A stretch of DNA of 63,691 nucleotides, filler included, from Neolecta irregularis DAH-3 (GCA_001929475.1; 11 parts of 11 records of this genome joined end to end with filler, not necessarily neighbours in it); one strand, 5' to 3'; positions 1 through 15,110 are shown, counted from the first letter of the whole stretch. Translations and numbers: made by a program. Notes: generated by a model from the letters alone, not told the origin.

Positions 1-26
1 CTAACCCTAACCCTAACCCTAACCCT
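1..26 (-). repeat. Telomeric repeat (TTAGGG)n, read as (CTAACC)4 on the + strand
   Basis: The window opens with ctaacc x4; this is the canonical fungal TTAGGG telomere repeat. Confidence 0.92.
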
Positions 27-312
27 TATCGCCTGCCCTCCTTGCCCGTTACTGCTCCCCCTCCTCGCTCGTTGCCGCCCCGCCCTCTGGCCTGTTATCG
101 TTATCACCTGCCCGCCTTGCCGGCTATCGCCCCGCCCACCTCGCCCGTTACTACTCCCCCTTCTGGTCCGTTATTGTCCCTGCCCTCTCACCTGTTACTG
201 CCCGCCCTCCTAACCCTGCCCCGCCCTCCTCGCCTGTTATCGCCCTGCCCCCCTCGCCCGTTACTGCTCCCCCTCCTCGCTCTTTACCGCCCTGCCCTCT
301 CACCCGTTATCG
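27..312. repeat. C-rich degenerate subtelomeric repeat
   Basis: Recurring cctgttatcg/gcccgttact motifs, a 27-bp direct repeat at 44-70 and 256-282, and an internal cctaaccct near 209. Confidence 0.7.
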
Positions 313-683
313 GGTTGATATATTAATATCAATCTCGCTGGGTGATATTGAAAATGTCCGGTCTTGAAAAGTCGAAATATTTTCTGTGGTAGGATCGATG
401 GAACCCATCTTGACGATTGGCATTGACATTTCAATACGATAATGTATCCTGCGACAATGAAGATGATATTTGGTAGCAGTATTAAGAAAATATTAATTGT
501 CTCATTAAAAGTCTTATACAGTTAAGTCTATCAGGTCCAAACAAGCAAGTCTAAATTTTGGACTTGCTTACTTGCTAATTTTTGTCCGCCGGACTTGCTT
601 GCTTACTTGCTTACAAAGCAAGCAAATTCTACTTGAAAGTTTTACTTATTAGCAAGTCTGCTTGCGTTTCATATTCTCTGGTA

Positions 684-2036
684 TTATTTGTTGGTTGTAA
701 TGATATTCGCCATACTTGATTCGAAATGTCGTTGCTTGCCGCTTTCAGAAAGTTCAGACTGAAATTCCTGGCCCTCCCCATATACTTTGAAGAGGACAAA
801 TTCCACAAGGTCGCCAGTTAATTGGGCAAAAGGGAGCAACGTTGAATCGGCACGTGCGCTGCAACAAGCAGGCTCCATTACGTAGCCTGCCACATCGATT
901 ACAAGGTGTATCACGGACATCCTGACATTTTGCGTTGCAACAAATCGAACTTGAGGATTCGAGGAATCCATTGTATGGCCAGAATGACGCATAGCTAGTT
1001 TGAACATTTTCAAGGCAGATTGCTCTTTCTGATTCCGTTCGTCCTTCGTGCCAGATAATGGATTCATTTCTTTTGAGTGATCATTATTCGGGCCTTCCCG
1101 TATTACAATGTACTCTCCCGAGCCAACTGAAACGATGAGCAGGTGCAAGTCGTTTTCTTCAATAAACAAAATCTTCTTTTCTGGATCGTAAATCGTGGTA
1201 ATGCCTCGGCTAATAGTCCGGCTGAATATGTCGAGAAAATCCAACACAAAAGACTCAAAAATATCCGAAGAAGGGTCATTATTTGGATCATCTGGAAATA
1301 GCTGCCAGCCCATTTCATCCTCTTTGAAGTTAAATACCCGACTTCCAAAGTCTGTTTCCCGAGATATGCGGTTGTATTTGCGTAGTCGTTCTTCCGGACC
1401 ATGGATATGATTCTTCAATGCAACTCCCTTGGCAAGCCAGCTGTCAAAATCGACTCCTCTTGATGGTTGGCCATACATCGCAGATTTCCTGCATCCGAGT
1501 AGAAAAGGCACGTAAAAGATTTCTTTGAGGGGGGTTTCTGGATGTATGCCATATCCTTGTAATAGATGATTGGTCCACTGCTCCCCTGATTTCTTGCCAA
1601 TATCGTTAGATAATACGGTTAGGATGTCAAATTTTCGCGGCTCACGGAGACTTGAATGTCAGAACTTTCCATTCCGCCATAATTCTTACTCATATACTGC
1701 GATTATCTTCTGACGATCATTTTGTTGTTCTTCCCAGCTCAAATCTGATGCAGTGGTGACAAATTTCATACATAACGTACCCCTACCACCTTTGTGGGCT
1801 ATTATGACGAATGAATTGCACATATACTGTGTAACGATGCATTTCTTTGCACACTGATCTATTGCTTCTTTGTAGCTGAACCACTTCGAAAAAAAATGGT
1901 ATGAGCTAATTTTCCCACCAATTTGGTAATTTTCTTTAGGATAACGATCTGATATATCAATGAAGTGATTGAGATCCGATTCTGCGAAAATATGAAGCGC
2001 ATAAAGCGCGATCAACGAGAAGAGCTTTGGAAACAT
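684..2036 (-). CDS. Secreted protein (~437 aa): signal peptide, PAN/Apple-like domain and a C-terminal domain of unknown function; 2 exons
   Basis: The 39-nt intron 1689-1651 (GTAAGA...CTGAC...AAG) joins ORF 1686-2036 in frame with ORF 684-1511. Hydrophobic N-terminus; CAKKC-x6-CNSF...C spacing. Confidence 0.7.
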
Positions 2037-3280
2037 AAAAAAGGCAAAGAATGGCTTGTGGGAATACTAGTAATGCTGTTAAAACAGTCAGTTATAAACT
2101 GTCTCTCTAATGGACACAAGACATTATTTTATATATTTCCAGAACTGGGCTGTCGCATATGTTTTTCGATGCGACTTTTGAGAACTCCAACACCATCGTG
2201 CGGTTTCTGTCATTTGGGCTCTATTCAGTTTCAAGTTCTGTTATGTCTGCTTATGGATTCACTCTTCCGAGGAATTGAGTCTTGCGACGCGCTTTTCGAG
2301 TCATCTTTTCTCGATCTCAAGCATTATGACCATTAAGTCCCACCGCCCGGCTCAAACAGGGTCAGACATAGAGGACGCCACAAGCTGTGGGCGCCCTCCC
2401 AGTCCAAGACTCTGGACCCGCGGGTGGAAAATGTTCCACACGGACCAGTCAGAAGTGGCGCGCAGGGACAGACAGGTATTTAGGCTTAACACTGTATATC
2501 AATACCAACGGTTATTACTACTAATAACCCATATACGACTTTAAGGCTCAGCGGAGTATAGACCAGACCGGTCAAGTACTCACAACCATGCTCTCAATGT
2601 CATACTAGTTAAATTCACCTTAGCCACTACACTTTAATCAGGAGCTATAGCCTACATGTATCATATCACAGTGCAAGGATACAGGACCAGGTTCCATGCA
2701 GCAACATTACCTAAGCTTTTATTATTCAGTCTCAGATGATTTCGGGGATCATGTCTAAAATATTCTTACCAATACGAGATGTGGCTTGGTGGTATATCAT
2801 TACGGTCTTAATGATGGAGCAAATAAAGAAGGGTAAAAATTCATACCTAACCAAGTTCACGTCTTTAGGTTAGACAATAAAACTTTGTCCTATTTGTACA
2901 TCAAGCGTACAACCTACAGGAAGTCTCTATACTGCCATGCTCCTCAATGTCATACTTGTTGAATTAAAAGAGCTATAACCAGCGTGTATCATATCACGTT
3001 ATACTAACGAGGTTCAGAGGATTGGAGTAATGAGATTCAAAAGGAGAGAATTCCGGCTCTCGAGAATATTCTAAGAATAGCGGACGGATATTATCAAGGC
3101 TTCGGAGATTTCCAGTCTTTGTGTGCTCTGAACATATCAAAAACCTTCAAACAGTGAGTGATGCAGAATGATATTCACATGGTTGAAAGATAACGTTGTT
3201 TAATGGTGGTACAGGGTAGAAGAAATGTTGTTTAATGATAGAATGCAATTCATGCATAAATAAAACAGCACGTAAAACCT

Positions 3281-5158
3281 TTATATGCTAGCCTTCCCTC
3301 TGCTTTCGTAAGGTAAAAATCCCATCAAAATACCAGCAACAAGAAACAAACTCGCACTGACAAAAAGTGGGGTGTTACTTTCGATATTTGTGAAACTAGC
3401 TACGAGAGGTGCAATCATTCCACATATTCGATTGAAGGATGAGGCTAGACCCGTGCCCGTTCCACGATGAGGTGCTGGAAAAACCTCTGGTGTATACGCA
3501 CTAGAAATGGTGAGATGATTGTAGCAAGGGAGCACTTACTACAATACACCGTACATGACGTTTTGTGTTACGGCAGTAGCGCAACTAAATCCCAGAATTG
3601 CCTGTGAGGTTTTTGCATAGGTAAAGAGGAAAAGGAATATTCCTGTAAGAATGGTAGATAATGCCATTACTCCTTTTCGTCCTATTCGTGTATTCACGAG
3701 GTATGAGGCAATAACAGATCCGGGCACTCCGCAAGCTGAGATGATAGCAAAGTTCCGATATGTCTCGTAAATGGAACTAGCTCCTATCTGAGATCCATGA
3801 TTGCTAGAGCAAAGTTATATCAGATCCATAGCAGACACGAACCGCAAATAAATTGGCAAAAATGCGTTGTAAAGAGGATATGCCAATCCGATGAGTCCCC
3901 AAAGCTTAAAACAGTCAATGAGAAAGAAAGAATAGGCGCATTTACAAGAATGATCAATGACGTCGAAAATCCCAATTTCCTTGTCGAATAAAGAGCCTTT
4001 ATATGCTTTGAGTGGAATGTTTCTCTTAAGTTCTTCACTGCAGCAGAAGCGTATATTCTGTGACCATCGTCATTGATTGCCAGCTCCTCGTCGATCTGCT
4101 GGAAATCCTTGAGTACGAGTTTTGACTCCATGTTGTTTTTTGTTGCAACCTCGTTAATAACGTCCATCGCATCCGCATCGCGGCCTTGAGATAATAGCCA
4201 TTTCGGTGATTCCCATAGGTGGAAGATAACATAACGGCAAATGAACATGGAAAGAGTAAGACCACCTATAGTTTAGCAAGTTATAGAAGCATGCACATAC
4301 CCAGCACAAAGTACATATATCTCCATCCAATGTTCTTAATACGTGTACAGTCAATCGCTGATTCGCAAGTATACTTTCCAACTAAAGGCCATGCCACTAG
4401 AGACGCTACAAGCTGTCCAAGACACCACCAAGCGGACAGAGCCGTCAACAAGTTCTGATTGGAACTAGGGATGAATTCGAGGAAAAGAGTTCCATCGACC
4501 GGGAGGTTTCCTCCGATACCAATGCCAACACAAGCGAGCAAAGCTGAAAACCCGACAAAATTGGGAGCACCTCCAATTGCAATGCAAAAGATACCGCCGA
4601 TTGCCAAAGTTGCGTTGAAAGCCAATTTGCGACTATAAAGCCAGATCAACTGAGAACTGTCTTTTGAATACCCAATGATATCTGCGCCAATACCCCATCC
4701 AGTTGCGCCAATCGTCAGACCCACATATAACGAAAGTGTAGCCATAGTAATGTGCTTTGGCGAAAACTCGAGTTCAATACTATTGCATTAAAAAGAGATT
4801 CTGATTAGAAAAGAATACGGAGGCAAACTTATCGCGACAGCTTGAATTATCATATTATCCACAAACCAACCTAAGAGATCAACATCAGATCAGGGAAATA
4901 TTTTATACCAAATCCAGTGAGAATAAAGAGAAACTTTTGATATCGACCAAATCCTAGTCTCTCGAGTTCATTGTTTAGGAGACCAACTTTCCGAGCATAC
5001 GCTTCACCTATACTACCTACGAGAAAATTCTCGGTGCCACTAGCATCCTCTCTTGGATTAATCTGGAGAGCTCTCCCTGATTTGGAGGTAAAAGCAATAT
5101 TGGCGGTAAAAGCTCGATATGGGCTACCTGTGTTTACAATGTTCTCGGATAAGATCAT
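3281..5158 (-). CDS. MFS transporter (SV2-like/sugar-drug family), multi-exon; start uncertain
   Basis: Spliced motifs GFGRYQ, GWFVDNM, ADIIGRKLAFN, GGNLPVDG, ESPKWL and YAYTPEVFPAPHRGTG. Confidence 0.88.
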
Positions 5159-5828
5159 GAAAAATGTCCAAACGAAGAAATTTGAATGGAGAAATAGAAT
5201 TTGGATAAGGTTTATGAGATCAAAAAGAATATCTTGGAGGAATAGATCTGCAAATCCTGTTACAGTCAGCGGATATGTCCGACGGGCTAGATATTTGTAA
5301 CTATTGTCAAAAATGAACAAGTCTTGGTGTGAAGGTCGTCATACGAAAAGGAATTTCTCAGTCCACATTCCTAGTGACTCCACCAAAGTTGGGTTGGAGG
5401 CCCCTGGTTATTGCAGCGAAAAGTTCAGCATGAACGGCTTTGTTGAGAGAAATTACAATAATTAACACAACGTATAAGAAGAGGAACTCGAATGCAATAA
5501 GACAATATTATCCTGTCTAATCTTAGTCCATTTGACAATCGGGGAGTAGAGAAGTATATAAATAGAACATTCCATCTTGTGCCCTCTACTGATTACGCCG
5601 ATTGAAAACTCATACTTGTATAACGAGTTTTGATGATTCGTGAGCGCAACTGATAACGGGATAGAGTGAACAAAATAAAAAAAGTATCTGGAAGCTTGTC
5701 AACATTCTGTGAGTATGTCGTAGAAAAACAGTACACGTAGTATTTTCTGGCTATCTGATGGACTTTTCTATTATTATACGCTTCCTTGGTTTACTACAAT
5801 GACGTGGCTCATACTTGTAAAACTATAA

Positions 5829-5928
5829 NNNNNNNNNNNNNNNNNNNNNNNNNNNNNNNNNNNNNNNNNNNNTTAATTAATTAANNNNNNNNNNNNNNNN
5901 NNNNNNNNNNNNNNNNNNNNNNNNNNNN
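5829..5928. other. Assembly gap with artificial TTAATTAATTAA linker (recurs near 18.7k, 24.4k, 37.6k, 38.7k, 44.0k, 45.4k, 55.4k, 56.8k and 61.7k)
   Basis: The same N-run / six-frame-stop linker / N-run pattern appears at every large gap. Confidence 0.95.
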
Positions 5929-6115
5929 AGCGCCAGATACATGGACATGATCTTGTGCGTGTTTACGACCTGGTCTTTGACAGCAGCGATATTCTGGCAT
6001 GCTGTGGTGGGAGCAGACATAGACAGCAGGGTGGTGATGTCGACGGTATATTTTTGGCGGTGGATAACCGATTCCCGTTCCCGCTCCCGCCAATTTCAAT
6101 TTCAGTGCAAATTCC

Positions 6116-7258
6116 ATGAACGCGCTGACGCTGCTCGCTGCAAAAGTCGACCAGGCCGCGCGCCGCTCTCCCGCGGCCCAGACATCGCCGCTCCCGCAAT
6201 TAAACGCCTCATTAAAAGCCTCCCGCTCGCCTATTTCTTCCTCTTTCGCCACTTTCTCGTCTTTCGCCAGATCCATCCTCGCTTTCGTCCTCCGTATTCT
6301 CCTGCTTCCGCTTAAAATCACAGCGCGCTGTCTATATCGAAATGTATTCAGCCGCTTCTCCCTCTCGAAACCACCAATATCCGACGATCCCAGAACTCCA
6401 TCCTCCTCGGACGAAACAGAAGGCTCAATGGCTTCAGCACGCTCAGTCTTTTCAATTTCTTCAACACGCCGGTCTCCGCGCACTCGTCTGTCTAGCCAGT
6501 CTCACGCTTCTCTAAAATCCCCAAATTCCCCAGACGGCCTCGAAACAGATTGGCTCAAAACCATTCCGCACCCACCAAGACCGCTAATCCCCAAGAAAAT
6601 GCCCGCAAAAACACTCGTCCTCGATCTCGACGAAACCCTGATTCACTCCCTGGTAAAGGGCGGCTCCATGGCCGGCGGGCATATGGTCGAAGTCAAGTTT
6701 GACAGACACGCCATTCTCTATTTCGTCTATAAACGCCCTTTCTGCGACCAGTTTCTCAAAAAGGTGCGGCGTCTTTTGCACCGCTGCTCAGTCCTTGTCT
6801 AGGTTGCAAAATGGTATAATCTGGTCATTTTCACAGCAAGCGTGCAGGAGTATGCCGATCCAGTCATCGACTGGCTCGAAAGCGACCGAAAATACTTTAA
6901 AAAGAGATACTACCGCCAGGTAGATCCTTGTAGATCCCACCGTATTGATACCCAGCATTGCACATTCAAGGATGGGTTCTACATCAAAGACCTGGGAAAG
7001 ATACACGACGATCTCTCAAACATCATGATCTTGGACAATTCGCCCCGAAGCTATATCTCCCATGAAGGTAAAACTACACAGCGCAGCCTCGTCTGATAGG
7101 CAGAAAATGCCATTCCAATCGAAGGTTGGATCAGCGATCCGTCAGACCTCGACCTGCTATGTCTGGTTCCTTTTCTCCATAGTCTGCGATTCGTTACAGA
7201 CGTCCGAACGCTGCTCGGCCTGCGACTAATGGGAAACAGAGACCCGCTGCGGCTGTGA
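6116..7258 (+). CDS. NEM1: Nem1/CTDNEP1-family (NIF/FCP1-like) phosphatase, 4 exons
   Basis: [38 protein letters not shown] and [15 protein letters not shown] after removing 3 introns. Confidence 0.88.
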
Positions 7259-7421
7259 TGACAGTGATAGCCTATTTATACAGTGTCGGAGTTTTGTTTT
7301 TATGAGTTTGTACTTCAACCCATGGTTTGTTTTGTATTCAACTCGATATTATATTGTGGAGAGTCAAAACACCACACCAGTCGATATTGCACCACACCAG
7401 CATTCATTGCCCCTCCATACA

Positions 7422-8450
7422 ATGACTACTCCTCCTATCGAACCCGAAGTCGATCAAGAAGCGCCTGAAATGCCGGCTCGCCCTATAGACCAGTCCGAAG
7501 ACGATAAAGTCAAAACCCTCCGTGAAGCTTTTCCAGGAGTAGAGGAAACCGTCATCCGTGCAATACTCCAGGCATCCAGAGGAAATATTGATCGTTCTAT
7601 AAATGCTCTACTCAGTATCTCGGATCCCTCGTACAAATTCGAACCAGAGTCCCACAATGACGTATGACGGTTCTGCAGCAATCTAATTACAAACCAGTCT
7701 CATTTACCAACTACCACTCCCAGGAACCAGGTCGAGGCAGATGAACAGTACGCCCGTCGACTCGCGGCGGATTACGATCGAAGAATTGCACAAAATCAAT
7801 CAGGTAGGTCTCGCATGGCTTTGCTCCAACTGAGTGCCAGATCGTTCAAAACAACAAAAGCAGCAGAGGGCGTCATCTGAAGAGAGGGAAACCTCCTTCC
7901 TCGACGGTGTGGCATTATTAATCCTACTACTGACAATCCAGACGACTTGCCCGTTATAAAGGAAAACCTCAAACAAGGGTTCAACGATGCAAAGACCAAA
8001 GTCAATGCCTGGGTAACCAAACTCAAGAATCGAATTGATGGCGATGGGCAAGTTTCAAACGATGAACCACTGAGGTACAAGTACAAACGCCAACCAAGTG
8101 AGTCATATGATGCAGACCATCGTGTGCTCGACGACAACTTTTCTGAACTGCATTTGCAAGACAATACCATTGAACAGAAAACAAAACGGCCTGCCGCGAA
8201 CCCTAATCTTTTCAAATCTGGTGGTTCACCTGAGGTATCTACGACTCAGGGTTCAGACCAGCCATCTCGATGGGAGCCGCTAAAGATGAGTTACCCTGCA
8301 AACCAAGACCCTTTTGCTTTGGATGATGACAGTGATGGAGATGCTGAAGAACCAAAAAAGACCAAACAGCTTTCAAATGCTGATCCCTCTGAGTCATCTA
8401 CCCTTCAAGTTCTGACAGAAGAAAAGAAGCCGAAACAACTGTTGGATTAG
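7422..8450 (+). CDS. CUE-domain ubiquitin-binding protein (Cue5-like), 4 exons
   Basis: LREAFPGVEETVIRAILQASRGNIDRSINALLSISDP (CUE domain), QVEADEQYARRL, SFLDDDLPVIKENLKQGF. Confidence 0.82.
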
Positions 8451-8756
8451 ATATTAGTAGCATTCTAATTTTCAAATATGATGTAAATTGGGTGTAGATC
8501 GTCATGTGTGTTTCGCCTCCATCCACACAACTTCATCTCTCCCGCATTCCAATATCCACCCATCAATAATTCGCCAGTAGGATTCACTTTGGATCAAAGT
8601 CGGTATTTATCACCATCGAGTTTGTTCTCCAGCAATTCTGGCGGATATCAAATATCACCCGCATCTCGCTTATATTTCCGTAATCATCCTTCTGGAATCC
8701 CATTCTTGAATTTCAATAGACTATTTGCGCGTCTCGTTGGATTGGATTCTGATTAA

Positions 8757-10811
8757 ATGAGGGGCTTCAAGAATAAAGTGGTATGCCTTACTAATCGTTT
8801 TGAATACAAATTGACCCCCCGTCACAGCTTGCGCGAACTAAGAATCATGACAAGGGCGTTCTTTCATTGAAACGGAAGGACAGCGTCGATAAGAAATCGG
8901 ATAAAAAGGATTCAAAATCAAATGAAAAGCAAGACAAAAGTTCGCGCGTGGAACAAGCAACACCTCTCTCCAAACCCATTTCCAGCCCATCTCTGGTGGT
9001 TACTCCATCGCCAGTAATCGTAGGTTGTTTGCACTTTTATATTCTGAAAAGGGTCTAGTATGCTTCTCCGCCAGGTGTTGCGGAAACTATGCCCGGAGAT
9101 CTTGTTTTGCCAGCTAAACATGGACCAAAGGGAAGTGCTTTTGAACGACTTCAAGTTACTCCAAAAGACGTTACACTATCAGAAACGATGAAAACTCCAA
9201 AAAGACATTCTTCCTCTCGTTTCAGAATAAGTGAATCTCGTGAATTGGAAAAGCTGCCATCGTTTCAGGGTACCCCTCTCCCCCTTTCTTTTAAATGCTA
9301 AATTCTTCAAAAGAAGTTTCTCCTCCGAATCGACAAGACTTGTTTCTGCGAAAACTGGATCAGTGTAACGTAATATTCGATTTTGCCGATGCTGCAGGCG
9401 ATATCAAAAGTAAAGAAATCAAACGAGTTGCATTACATGAATTACTGGACTATGTCGCCAACAACCGTGGCGTGATAACAGAACCGCTTTATGGAAAAGT
9501 CGTTACTATGGTAGTATTGCCTTTTTCGTTTGATTTAACTTGTAGTTTTGCAACAACTTGTTTAGACCTATACCTCCCCCTGTCAATCCTATCGGCGAGA
9601 TATTCGATCCAGAAGAAGATGAACCGGTTTTGGAAGTAGCTTGGCCTCATCTTCAAGTAGTCTATGAGTTTTTCTTACGATTTCTCGAGTCGCCTGACTT
9701 CAATACAAACGTTACAAAACAATACATTGATCATCAATTTATCCTACAAGTGGGTCCTCTTTATTATGATCATTGTTTTAAATGGATAGTTATTAGAACT
9801 CTTTGATAGCGAAGATCCGCGCGAACGAGACTTTTTAAAGACTACTTTACATCGAATTTATGGAAAGTTTTTGAATTTACGCTCATTTATTCGCCGGTCG
9901 ATTAACAATGTGTTTTTCCATTTCGTATACGAGTCTGAACGATTCAATGGAATCGCCGAACTTTTGGAAATTCTCGGAAGGTATGCCGTTTTCTTTTTTT
10001 GAATAGAATGTTCAGACGGTAGTATTATCAATGGATTTGCTCTACCGCTCAAGGATGAACACAAGATGTTTTTGGGCCGAGTGTTAATTCCACTGCATAA
10101 ACCAAAGACATTATCAATGTATCACCCTCAACTGGCTTATTGTATCGTTCAGTTTCTGGAAAAGGATCCTAGTTTAACAGAGGAGGTTTGTCAAGGAGTG
10201 GTTATTATGCTGATATCAGGTTATCCTTGGACTACTGCGATACTGGCCAAAGATAAACAGCCCGAAAGAGGTCATGTTACTAAATGAGATTGAAGATATC
10301 TTTGAAGTCATGGAACCCTCTGAATTCGTCAAAATCCAAGTTCCTTTATTCCACCAATTGGCAAAATCGGTATCGAGTCAACATTTCCAGGCATCATCCT
10401 CTTTAAAGATTCGTTTAATTTAAAAAGGTTGCTGAACGAGCTCTTTACTTTTGGAACAATGAATATTTTTGTAATTTGGTCAGCGATAACGTGAATACGA
10501 TACTACCAATCATGTTCACCGCGCTATATGAAAACTCTCAGAATCACTGGAACAGGTTCTCGGTCTCTACATTTGGGGGTTTAATGTATAGAACAATACA
10601 TGGAATGATTTACCATGCACTAAAGATATTTATGGAAATCAGCCCGGCCTTGTTTGACGAACTCACAAGTGAATACAAGATTATGCAAGATGAACTTCGC
10701 AGTCGTGAACAAGGTCGACAGTTGATGTGGCAGAGAGTCGAAACAGCTGCTCGTAAAAGAATTTCTAGCGGTCTAGTCAAGGATCCGATGACCCGTACTG
10801 CATTTTCATAG
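8757..10811 (+). CDS. RTS1: PP2A B' (B56) regulatory subunit, 10 exons
   Basis: [39 protein letters not shown] and [16 protein letters not shown] (the last needs a GC-AG intron at 10391-10427). Confidence 0.93.
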
Positions 10812-11069
10812 TTGTTGTTTACTAACTTGTTACCAGCTGATACTGAGGTTGGGTTGGGAAAGCTACAGTTGGCCTGAGCAGGGAGTATTCATTCTAGGTA
10901 CTATTTTCTTTTTTTTCTAAAATTAAGGCAAGTGGTATTGTTGCATTTAACTTATGATGAATGTTGAGGAGTTTGGTTATTGTAGTAAATATTGATTGGT
11001 CCAAAGAAAAATAAGATTCCACCATTTCCGCAAGAAACTCCTTATTTATTATACAGGACAATAGAAACG

Positions 11070-12717
11070 TCAATACTCTGCATATAAGACTTCTGCAGCA
11101 CTGCTTTGTACTGAAGGCGCCGAGGGAATGTTGCGAAGACGCTCGACTGTTTGTTCTCTGGATTGTAAATTAAAAGAAGATGGAGGAAGTACATTAGGTG
11201 GTCCAGATATGCGCGAGAATTCTTATTATCCATGCTATTTGGGGGTATACAGATCTTGTAATCTGGCCCAAAGTATCCGATATACTCGTTGAAAGGAATA
11301 TCTAACCTTTAATAAACCAAGGTGGATAAGAAATACCTTCGGCCAGTTCTTCGCCTAGTAGAATTGCTGTTTCATAAGTCCAAGCACGAGCAACATTTTT
11401 GATGGTGTAGCCTCCCTGTGAGGCGGGTTAGTACAATGTGGACAAGGATACATACTCCACCCAACGCAATGAGGGGAATGTTGAAGCTTTTGACAAACTT
11501 TACAGCTTCGGCATGGCCGTGCACTGAAAGATTGAAACATCCTAGTTTATCGCCCGCAAGAGAGTCGGCACCACACTGTAACACTATAGCCTCTTGTTGT
11601 GTCAGAGTGTAAAGAGGGGGATATATACCCGGACGATAGAATTGTATGATACGGCTGATTATTGGTTTGAATACGCTTTCATAAGTTAGATCGTCAATGC
11701 CGTCATTCAAAGGGATGTTGACAGAGTAGTTTTTCCCTGGGCCTATACCTACGTCTCCTAACGCACCTAGGCGGTGAGCGACATAAAAGCAGAATATAAC
11801 CGGTTCCAGGAAAGAACTGGCCAAACTTGTGGAATGAGCATGTCTATAGTAAGATGCTGCTGATGGTGATAGATACCATCACACGATCTGTGGTATAGAA
11901 GAATTCTTCGACGCCGTCTCCATGGTGAATGTCTATCTAACAAGAATGAGCGCGGTCAGGGGCAAAGAGCAGGGCACGTCAATGTACAAGACTCGTTTGT
12001 GATATCTAGGAGTAAGCGAGGGCGGGACGGCTAGTTTACTTTAATAATTCGAGAATGCTCAATACAATGTCGTTGACATAGCAAAACTGGCTTGTCAGTG
12101 TTGGATGCAGCAGTACAGGATACGCCTGATGCTTCGCGTTTCTTTGCATGGTGTAGCCCGCCAGACCAGCTGTATCGTCAGCCAGAATTGACGAATAGAT
12201 CTTGTGCTTGATTGCAATGTCTGCGTCGCCGGAATTGATGCGATCAGCGGCAGAAATAGAACCACCGGCCGAGATGCTGCAGAACTCAAACAAACCATCA
12301 AAGACGGGGCAGTCATCACCAACATTGACTGCCGAGGGTCAGCATGTTATAGCGCTGAGAAGAAAAACAGCGAGCCTGGTGAGGGACGAAGCGGTCCATT
12401 GTTTCTGGCGATACTCTGCTTAGAAAATCGATATACTCGTCGGTGTGGCAGCGGGTCATGTCCTTGGCGGAGGCTCTACGGGGCGTCTGGGCGGTTACAA
12501 TTGAAAAAAAGCAGAGCAAAACGAGAAGATCCATCTTGCGATCCAGACGGTATCCGACAATCAGCGCATGGGTCATGGCCATCCGCAACGGCTTCATTGG
12601 ATGGCCAGGCGCATAGTGGAATGCGCCTACATCAGCTGGATATCAGCAAAAATACATGGTGGATTATGGATCACCGTCAAAAAAATAGGCGATCCGGGGT
12701 GAAGCGGATGGGGACAT
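11070..12717 (-). CDS. clr6: Class I histone deacetylase (Clr6/Rpd3 type), 14 exons
   Basis: [63 protein letters not shown] and [16 protein letters not shown] after removing 13 introns. Confidence 0.92.
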
Positions 12718-12769
12718 GGCACCGGTTCTCCGCCGCGACGCTGTTGACTATTACCCCCGCTCTTAACCT

Positions 12770-12958
12770 CCATTCTCTTATCTCGATTAATTTCTGTTAA
12801 TCCTCGGTTAATCTCGATTAACTCTCGATTAACCCTCGATCAACCTCGATTACCGTCATCGACCTGTATCGACTTCGATTAACCCTCTCTACTCCTCTAT
12901 TAACCTCTATTACCTATTACCAACCTCTATTACCTCTACTACTCTACTACTCTACCCC
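12770..12958. repeat. Degenerate 9-11 bp minisatellite (CTCGATTAA grading into CTCTATTA) in a divergent promoter
   Basis: About 13 imperfect units lie between the HDAC ATG (12717, -) and the kinase ATG (12960, +). Confidence 0.7.
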
Positions 12959-12959
12959 A

Positions 12960-15110
<2,151 letters not shown>

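Noticed and set aside
42-326. 94-aa Pro/Leu-rich ORF beside the telomere
   Set aside because: It is a by-product of the C-rich subtelomeric repeat, with a TTG start and no domain.
5873-5884. Recurrent TTAATTAATTAA palindrome
   Set aside because: It always sits inside N runs and is an artificial scaffolding linker.
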